DNA from: Octopus sinensis
Lineage: Eukaryota
Length of the DNA: 64,000 bases
Direction: 5' to 3'
Assembly (NCBI RefSeq): GCF_006345805.1
Contig: NC_042998.1
Location: 67,146,001-67,210,000 of the forward strand
A program made the translations under genes and the position numbers. The notes beneath the pieces were generated by a model, which saw only the letters and a list, made by a program, of their open reading frames with translations, did no database searches and was not told the DNA's origin. Of the stretch, positions 55,545-64,000 are shown one piece after another. The stretch's first letter is position 1. Each line of letters starts with the position of its first letter.

Positions 55545-55690
55545 ATTTCTGCTAAAAATACAACGTCTGTACTTTGTGCGGGTGGGGATTAAACCGATTT
55601 CGTGGACCCCCCAGTGCTTTACTGCTACTTATTTTATCGTTTCCGTAAGAATGAGAATTAAAGTTGGCCCCGGTGGAATTTATATTTAAA
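55545..55690 (-). mobile_element. SINE family B fragment
   Basis: ccccagtgcttt.actg.tacttattttatcg...aagaatga...aaagttggccccggtggaattt. Confidence 0.65.
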
Positions 55691-55720
55691 ACGTGGCTGT
55701 GTGGTAAGTAGCTTGCTAAC

Positions 55721-57903
55721 ACACATGCGCAGTTAGTCAGTTGCTTCCTGTTCAGCCAGAGTGGATGCGAGTCAACCAGCTCCGTCGAATTAAAGAAAAA
55801 AGACCAAAAACGGAAAGTTGTCGAGCTAAGTGATTTTGTTTATGGTGAGTTGGGCATAATTTATTGCGTGCCAATTATTATTTCAGTAAGTTGTGTCCAA
55901 CTCTGAGACAATTTCGCCTGCTCTCGGCGGCTGCCGTTTTTGTGTTCATTGAAAAAAAAAGAAAAAACAATGGAGGGGCGTGTCCTCGGAATTCAATACA
56001 GTTACTGTTAAAATTACCGTTGGCGGTAGCCAGTGCTGTGTTTGGGTTTGTTGAATTTATTCCCTTGTCAGACTACTTCGCAAGAAAATTATAAAAATAA
56101 GCCACTATTGGATTACCTTTCGGACCCATTGTTGTGGAGGTTGTGTTGCAGTTGCGGCGTTCCAGGTTCAACCCAGGCCGGGAGTACCGCAAGGCCAGAA
56201 TATTTTTGCTGTGTTTTTTCTGTTTATTAACTTTCTTTTGAACTTCATTTTAACCCCCTTTTGTTTTTTTCTTTATTGCGACATTCCGTTGATTTCTTCC
56301 CTTCTGTTGTGCTTTCTCCTTTTTGTTTTTTCAAAAATCTATCAAATTTTATTTGGACTTTTGAACTTTTCTTTTCTTCTTGCTTTTTGAGTTTAATTTG
56401 AATATATTTAAAAAAAACATGGTAATGAAAAATAACAAAATTTTGGAGAGGGAAATCATACCACCTAAAAAGTGGTTAAAAGACCGTGAAGATAGGACAG
56501 TGGTGTTGAGAACCTACTCCAAGGCACTCGACACCATCGCCCTATTCGAAAAGACGGCAATTGAAAAGGAGTTGGAAGAGTATTTGCCAACAATTAAATT
56601 CATTTCCAGGGGTGTCAAATATGCAACGGTGTGGTTGCTATTTGACACCCCTGAAGAGGCTTGCAAATTTGCTACCAAACCCCTGGAGGGTAAGGAAATC
56701 TTATTCCTGCCCACGTACAAAAAAAAGAAATTGATGAAAGCTTGGATTTGCGGACTGCCACCCGACATAGAACCCGAGTGGATAGAGGAGACTATCCGCC
56801 GGGGTCTGGGTGGCAGCGAAACTAAGCTCCTTAATGTAAAAGTTCTTCCTGCGGCTGCTTGGGTTGGGTCAAAAGAAATTTTGACCCTGTGGACCCAATC
56901 AGCCAATCTGGTTCTTCCAGATTTTTTGAAAATGGCCGGGTGCAGGTACCCGGTGATGCTTGAGGGTTGCCCCCCTAAGTGTCATCGGTGCTTGCAGTCC
57001 GGCCACATAAAGAAGAACTGTCCCCGGGAACAAAATAGGATCCCGGAACAGTTAAGTAAAACCCCTCTAGAAGAGGGAATAATAACGGCCGAGAAAGCAG
57101 AGGACTCCTCAAACAGAGGCCGAAAGAGGAAGGTGAGCAACAATGGGTGCTCACCAAAGGATAATAGGGATGAGGAGAAGGCAAATCTTCCGGCCACGGA
57201 GGAGGCGCACCCTCCCTCAGTTGAAAAGGAAAAAAAAAAGAAAAGAGGAAGAAAAACGGGACATTGCCTGCTGTCAGTGACATAGTACCGGAATGTCCCG
57301 GAACTACGTCGGTTGGGGTTGTGCCACCGACAAGAGAAGGAATACCGTTGGCGGGAACTGTGCCGCCAACGAAAGAATTATTGGTCCTCTTCTATAGAGG
57401 AGGTGAAATTGAAAAGGTGATGGAAGAGCACCACAAGGGAGCACCTTTAGCCTTCACACAGGACCCCGAATGGCCTCCGCAGGTAGCTGTGGAGGCCGTG
57501 GCGTTCGATGTGACGCTTGGGCTAAAGGAGCTCAATGAAGATTATAACTTGGTCCCGGGCGACGCTAACTCGGAACTTGATTACGTTCTGAGGGAGGCGT
57601 GGTTGATGGTGGAGGGCGCGGGCACAAGCTATTTCGAGGACGATATGTAATTATTGAACTGTTATTATTAGTAATGGACTGGTAAGTCCAAAAATTGAAA
57701 AATTGTAAGAGGTTTAATACCTCGTTTTGTGTTTATCTTTAAAAAGAACAATGTTTTAGAGAAGCGAAAGTCGGCGGGCGCTTTTTGTCTTCTCCCATCC
57801 TTATCATCTTTCTTTCATTATCATTCACTTCATTAATGTCCTCGTCCAGCCCGCAAAGCTAACTTAATCTGTGTACTGCCTTTATGGCAAATGTTTTGAA
57901 ATA
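55721..57903 (+). mobile_element. ORF1-only (HAL1-like) non-LTR retroelement with 15-bp TSD
   Basis: TSD aagtagcttgctaac at 55706-55720 and 57904-57918. ~700-nt 5' UTR, gag-like ORF, ~250-nt 3' UTR ending aataaa. No RT or endonuclease. Confidence 0.88.
56419..57650 (+). CDS. L1/Tx1-type ORF1 (RRM-like region plus CCHC zinc knuckle), split by a -1 frameshift near the A-run at 57230-57239
   Basis: CHRCLQSGHIKKNC (CX2CX4HX4C) preceded by YPVMLEGCPPK and WICGLPPDI. The downstream ORF 57264-57650 is in the -1 frame and open back through the A-run. Confidence 0.8.
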
Positions 57904-58052
57904 AAGTAGCTTGCTAACCAACCACATGGTTCCGGGTTCAGTCCCACTGCGTGGCATCTTGGGCAAGTCTCTTCTTCTATAGCCCCAGGCCGACCAATAC
58001 CTTGTGAGTGGATTTGGTAGACGGAAACTGAAAGAAGCCTGCCGTATATATG

Positions 58053-58083
<31 letters not shown>

Positions 58084-58349
58084 TTGTGTCTGTGTTTGTC
58101 CCCCTAGCATTGCTTGACAACCGATGCTGGTGTGTTTACGTCCCCGTAACCTAGCGGTTCGGCAAAAGAGACCGATAAAATAAGTACTGGGCTTACAAAG
58201 AATAAGTCCCGGGGTCGATTTGCTCGACTAAAGGCGGTGCTCCAGCATGACCACAGTCAAATGACTGAAACAAGTAAAAAAAGAAAAAAAAAACCAAATG
58301 CAGCTAAGCATTTTGCCGTGCGTGTTAACGGTTGTCAGCTCACCACCTT

Positions 58350-58473
58350 AAAGAAGAAGAAGAAGAAGAAGAAGAAGAAGAAGAAGAAGAAGAAGAAGAA
58401 GAAGAAGAAGAAGAAAAGAGAAGAAGAAGAAGAAGGAGCAGAAGAAGAAGAAGAAGAAGAAGGAGAAGAAGAA

Positions 58474-58505
<32 letters not shown>

Positions 58506-58535
58506 AGTGGATGAAGAAGAAGAAGAAGAAGATGG

Positions 58536-58568
<33 letters not shown>

Positions 58569-58620
58569 CGACGACGACGACGACGACGACGACGATGATG
58601 ATGATGATGATGAAGAAAAA
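58350..58620 (+). repeat. Compound (AAG)n-(GAT)n-(GAC)n microsatellite
   Basis: Direct reading. Confidence 0.95.
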
Positions 58621-59144
58621 GATCACCAACAACAATAATGATTTCAAATTCTCGCACGACGCCAGCAAGTTGGGCAAGTGAGTGAGTCGAAAATTCCCGA
58701 TTAAACAATAGACGATATTGATCTTATAACACTTAAAGGTACCTGTTCAAATTTCTCCACAAAATACCAGAAAACCCACCAAGAATAGAATACTTTTCGG
58801 CCTCTGTAAACTTCAGGCCTATATTTTCAAAACTATTACTTAAAAAACGTTTGTCGTGTGTTGTATAGAAATTAGATATACCATCGTAAAATAATGACAT
58901 TACTAAACGCAATTATCGCATTATGTTAAACGATCTAAGTATATTTGATTTGTACAAAATATCGTGTCTCTTGTTACGCAATTCCTTTCATGACATGCAT
59001 GTAATCAATAACTTCTTAATAAATTAGGATTAATCTACCTATCTCTCTATATGTGTGCGTGTGCGCCTGTGTGTGTATGTATTTATATATGTAAGTGTGT
59101 ATATGTGTGTGTGCACGCGCATGAGTATATAATAATAATAATAA

Positions 59145-59175
<31 letters not shown>

Positions 59176-59250
59176 AAGAAGAAGAAGAAGAAGAGAAGAA
59201 GAAGAAGAAGAAGAAGAAGAAGAAGAAGAAGAAGAAGAAGAAGAAGAAGA

Positions 59251-59637
59251 GTAGGAGGCCAGACAGTCTTAACTGAGAAAGAAAACAAAGCTGGATCATA
59301 GATATAGCATGCCCAGCTGACGACAAGGTATGCGATAAGGAAGAAAGAAAAGACGAGAGATATGACAGGTTAGCTTGGGAAGTTAAGCAGTTGTGGTCGA
59401 TGAAAAAGGTTGCAGTAGTACCAATCATTGTCGGAGGCCTGCGAACAGTGAGTAAAAATGTCGAGAAGTACGTGGAACAAATAGGGACTGCAATAAGGGT
59501 GGAGCACTTGTAGAAAACAGCACTGCTTTGAACCGCTCAAATACTCCGGAAGGTACTCGAAAAATGAGGCGTTACCTTAGTTCACTAGTAGCGAAGACCT
59601 GACACTGTAATACATCTCCAGCGTTACATGCTGTGCA

Positions 59638-59640
<3 letters not shown>
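59251..59640 (+). mobile_element. R4/Dong-type RLE fragment
   Basis: RRPD..IIDIACPADDKVCDKEERKDERYDRLAWEVKQLWSMKKVAVVPIIVGGL..KTALL*TAQILRKVLEK*, then (TAA)n. Confidence 0.88.
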
Positions 59641-59706
<66 letters not shown>

Positions 59707-59895
59707 GATAATCGTAAGATGAAATTAATAAGCATTTAATGCCACACTACGCGCGTTTCCACAAACCCCATGACTTTTAATATCACGGTCCGTATTCCGC
59801 ATTTAACATCAAAATCCTTATTCCCTACATTGTAGTCCGTAGTATCCGTGGGCAGCCCGTTGATCATCATCATAATCACTGATTCATTTCTTCAG

Positions 59896-59930
59896 GCGAT
59901 ATAACATTAGTGGATGAACCACAGAGCTAA
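59896..59930 (+). CDS. Candidate terminal coding exon (S)DITLVDEPQS*
   Basis: Acceptor ctgattcatttcttcag, phase-compatible with 54421-54524. Short, so it could be chance. Confidence 0.2.
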
Positions 59931-60768
59931 ATTTTTCTCTTTTTACCAGTATGAAGGTCAAGCGAGTTATGTGCACATATGTGTGTGTATTTGGCGGGGA
60001 GGAGTAGAAGGAGATGGGAAAAGAGAGAGGAATGGTTGTTGTATGGGTGTGGAGGTGCGTGTGGTGGTGTTGGATGTAATTTGCTCTTCATTCAGCAGAT
60101 GTTAGGGATGAGTAGTACATTCGTTTGTTTAATTTCATTTAAGGCATGACTATCTTCAATAAATTCTGATCTCAACGTGTGGTCAAGTGCTGCTGCTATG
60201 TAGAGGGGTTTGTTGACTGAATTGATAAATGCTACTTTCTTATGGTGACCTCTTGATTATGTTTCCTGATATGGTGTATAGCATCTCAAATAGTGGTTGG
60301 TTTGTTTATTTGTTTAGGTTCCTTCGCTTTTCTATATGGTGTTATTTTGTTTCAAAATATTTTTTCCAGACTCCATGAATGACGTTTTGTTCTTACGTTT
60401 ACATGATATGATCATCACAGAGTGCCTATTTATCACGTTTACCCTGGATGTGATTATTTTCAAGGTTTCTTCAAGCCATAGGTCGCATACTCGTGATGTT
60501 CTCTTATATGGTGCACTATTTTTTATAATAGACCATTTGGTCGAAGGTTTAACTCCATGCTATTTTGGTCTCCAGACGAAGTTCGATAGAAATGTGGGTT
60601 GTCTCATTTATATTCGAAAATGATGAGAAATGGTTTCTCAGATGATTTTTTTATGCGACCCCGAAAAAGTGCTTCACCAATCATTATCATTAAACTGTGC
60701 CTGTCATAATGGAATAGGAGATTAATTTGCATATTCAAAACGTCACCATAAACAAATTTAAACGATAA

Positions 60769-60806
<38 letters not shown>

Positions 60807-61021
60807 CATTCCTTTGTCCAGATTTGATAAAACAATCAGAAACCATGAATCTTCACCGATTTCAATGATTCTCTACACGCCAAATTTTGAAATTTTTGTA
60901 AATGATTATAATAAACTACGAAGAAACAGTGTCACCCAAGTTCTGTTGAAAACTTTTATTACTTATCATAGTATACTAAATAATATTTACCGTGTTCATG
61001 ACATAATATTTACTGTGGAGT

Positions 61022-61215
61022 AAGGCGGCGAGCTGGTAGAAACTTTAGCACGCCGGACGAAATACGTAGCGGTATTTCGTCTGTCTTTACGTTCTGAGTT
61101 CAAATTCCACCAAGGTCTGTTTTGCCTTTCATCATTTCAGGGTCGATAAATTAAGTACCAGTTGCATACTTAGGTCGATCTAGTCGACTGGTATCCTCCC
61201 CAGAAATTTCGGGCA
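61022..61215 (+). mobile_element. tRNA-derived SINE family B
   Basis: aaggcggcgagctggtagaa..ttagcacgccgg (A box), gagttcaaattcc (B box), gcctttcatc..gggtcgataaattaagtaccag body. Confidence 0.85.
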
Positions 61216-62230
61216 GAGAAGAATATTTACTGTGTAGTGTGTTCTATTAAGTGATCCCTATTCACTTAACTGGTGCATGTTCTATCGATATTTGATATTT
61301 GAATGGAAACGCTTGCTATGTCCAACCATCCTAATTATATCTTTTTCGTATAACAGTGAAGACATGAAAAGTCGTTAGGATGTTCACCTCACGATCATAT
61401 AGTTTCGAGATCGAGTTGCGACCTTAAGCAAAGTACTCCACTTCATGTTCCTGTATCATTCTCAGCTCCCTCTCTCTGTCTCTCACTTATCACTCATCGT
61501 AAAATTAGCTGTTCTGCCGGGTCTCTTTGGTGACGATATAGAGAATGTCAAAATCTGTTCTCGATAACATTGGTACCTAAAACAATAATCATAATGCATG
61601 GAACATAATACTGAGCCATACTCGCTTAATAATGTCGGCTGGCTATATTGTGTATACATATACACTATCAAAAGTTAATATTAAATTAGATTATGAATCT
61701 AAATCATAAATAAATTCATAAAATACGTATAGATATTTAGTTTGTTATTTTCAGTTCCTAATAACACATTATCTGTCTTGCAACAGATATTACAAAAGAA
61801 AAAGTAAGACGGCAAAGAAAGGAAGTTAATAGAAAACATGTATCCATCTAAGTAGCTTGCATTATAAACTTTGCAGACAGTAATAATAAAAATATATGAC
61901 TTGATAAACAAAGATATTTTCTACATTTCTTTTTCCAAATGAATTCTGAATATTCTCAGAAAAAAGTCTTTAAGGATAAGAAAATATAAGCAGAAATTTA
62001 AGAGAAACCAGAGTAATATTTCATTTATAAATGTATTACTACAAAGCTAGTGTATTCTAATTTGTCTTTAGAATAAAGAAACCCCCCAAACCCCAAAAAC
62101 TAATGTCAGTTGCCTGGCATCTATTGTTGTTAGAGAAATAAACCGATTCATATCTTAGCCGAAAAGAAAAAAAATGATGAAGATGCTTTCTTACACACAT
62201 GCTACATATAAATATATATATATATATATG

Positions 62231-62314
<84 letters not shown>

Positions 62315-62629
62315 GATATATAGATATATATATATATAGATATAGATATATATATAGATATAGATATATCAAATATGATTATGCCTAGATGTTTATTACA
62401 AGAGATAGAAAGCCAGATCATACAGTCAAATAGAATATATCTCCTGACGCAAGCGGGAAATTAGCAAAGAATTCATTTTTTTTAAATAAAAATCTTTGAA
62501 AAAAAAATCTTTATTATTCATTAATGAACGTTTACATTCAATGACTTTATAGCTGCTTCTGTGGTTTCTTACTATTCTTCTACTCCCCTCCTACTGCTAC
62601 TACTACTACTACTATTACTACTACTACTA

Positions 62630-62683
<54 letters not shown>

Positions 62684-62884
62684 ATTCTGCTACGAAGTAA
62701 CTAGCTTTAACTAATGGGATATACGGAAAACAGAAATATAATTTTCCGTGCATCATTGCTGAGTCCAATGTTACTAACAATATCCATTATTGTAACAAAA
62801 TTTATTGCTACTTCCAATTGTAAAATAACTCCTACTATCATTATTATTTGTTTTACTAGTAGTATTAGAAATGATAATAATTAT

Positions 62885-63290
62885 CATAATAAAAGGCCGG
62901 ACCTAGTGGTTGTGGACAAGGCGCACCACATATGCCATATAGTTGATGCTGCATGCCTTTTTAACCTATGAATAGTCAAGAAGGAAGCCGAAAAGATAGA
63001 TAGATACAAACCTCTCAAGTATGAAATAGCCTGGCTAGAGAAAATGAAGAAGGTGAAAATAGTGCCAATTATTATTGAGTTATTCGGATCAGTATCAAAA
63101 TGCATAGGATACTAGAATAGAATAGTAACTGTTACAAAAAAGATTTACACTCTTGGCACGGCCACAATAATCAGCAAAGTAGAAGATAGCTGAAAAGAAG
63201 GGATAGCTGCCGGTTGTAAGCCTGCTACTTATGCAAGAATCCATGAACCTCTACAAAACTTGTGAGAAGGAGAAACAATGATAATAATGA
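62885..63290 (+). mobile_element. R4/Dong-type RLE fragment
   Basis: HNKRPDLVVVDK..IVDAAC..KKEAEKIDRYKPLKYEIA..KKVKIVPIII..GTATIISKV, then (TAA)n. Confidence 0.85.
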
Positions 63291-63297
63291 TAATAAC

Positions 63298-63353
<56 letters not shown>

Positions 63354-64000
63354 GGATTTCATTTCTTCTCTAATCTAAGCCCATGACTTCTTGCATGACA
63401 CTAACGCACGAATTTAGTGGAGAATAAAATTCTATGTCTACGCAGATACATAAAAATCATAACCATTCAGCCACGTGATTATATACAAACTATTCACTCT
63501 ACAACGTGACAGAATAAATTTACAGTCTTGAATGTTTCGGCAGTCTCTTGACACGTTCACTCAACCGTGTCAGCCTTACCTTTAGCCGCAAAGAATATTG
63601 TCACATGACATCAGCGTATGGAGGTGGCGGGGAACTCCATTACATCTACAATTCAAGACAGTTGCGGTATAGCCCCGGGTTTTTTATATCTCACTTGACT
63701 TTAGAAAATTAGAAAAATCCGTGAAACCAGTTGAGCGTTAAAAAGATTTACGATCTAAATATCTCATGGCACTTTCAACTCCATTTTCTATATTTCTACT
63801 CGTGTATAATACAATAACTTTGTTATTCGTGTTTGTATGTCTATGTGTGTGTACATAAGTATGTATACGTATGCCTTTACGCAAAAGACGTATTTGCATG
63901 TATATATAGATAGATCTTAATGTAAGAGTGCGTTTGTGTATATAACAGTAGCTACAATGACTTATAAATGCCAGCAGAACAAGTGATATGTCTAACTCAA

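Larger units (their letters stand above)
55692..58285 (+). mobile_element. SINE family A split by an insertion (55692-55720 joined to 57919-58285)
   Basis: Removing 55721-57918 restores cgtggctgtgtggtaagtagcttgctaaccaaccacatggttccgggttcagtcccactgcgtggc..., colinear with 39374-39532. Confidence 0.92.

Noticed and set aside
61022-61110. tRNA gene
   Set aside because: A and B boxes are present but it continues into a repeated SINE body with no cloverleaf. The same applies to 39374 and 57919.

Overview
AT-rich, microsatellite-saturated animal genomic DNA. The repeat repertoire is most consistent with an octopus/coleoid cephalopod (inference from recalled repeat families, not from a search). No host gene is securely identified, but three phase-compatible + strand exon candidates (29308-29418, 54421-54524, 59896-59930) suggest the window may be largely intronic. 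Recognisable content is mobile DNA: CR1-type LINE RT fragments, five R4/Dong-type restriction-like-endonuclease 3' fragments in (TAA)n tracts, Penelope-like RT/GIY-YIG relics and many Penelope-type terminal repeats carrying minimal type I hammerhead ribozyme motifs, two DD37D(maT)-like Tc1/mariner relics, a non-autonomous Helitron, a pogo-like MITE and several tRNA-derived SINEs. The most notable items are (1) a 2.18 kb ORF1-only (gag/CCHC, no RT) retroelement with a perfect 15-bp TSD inserted between the A and B boxes of a SINE, (2) palindromic and tandem hammerhead cassettes plus nested fold-back elements, (3) a SINE and a CR1 LINE sharing a 3' tail with a compensatory stem-loop, and (4) a 1.4 kb diverged inverted repeat. 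Most ORFs in the supplied track are microsatellite artefacts. Element boundaries were read by eye and are approximate unless a TSD or terminal motif is quoted.
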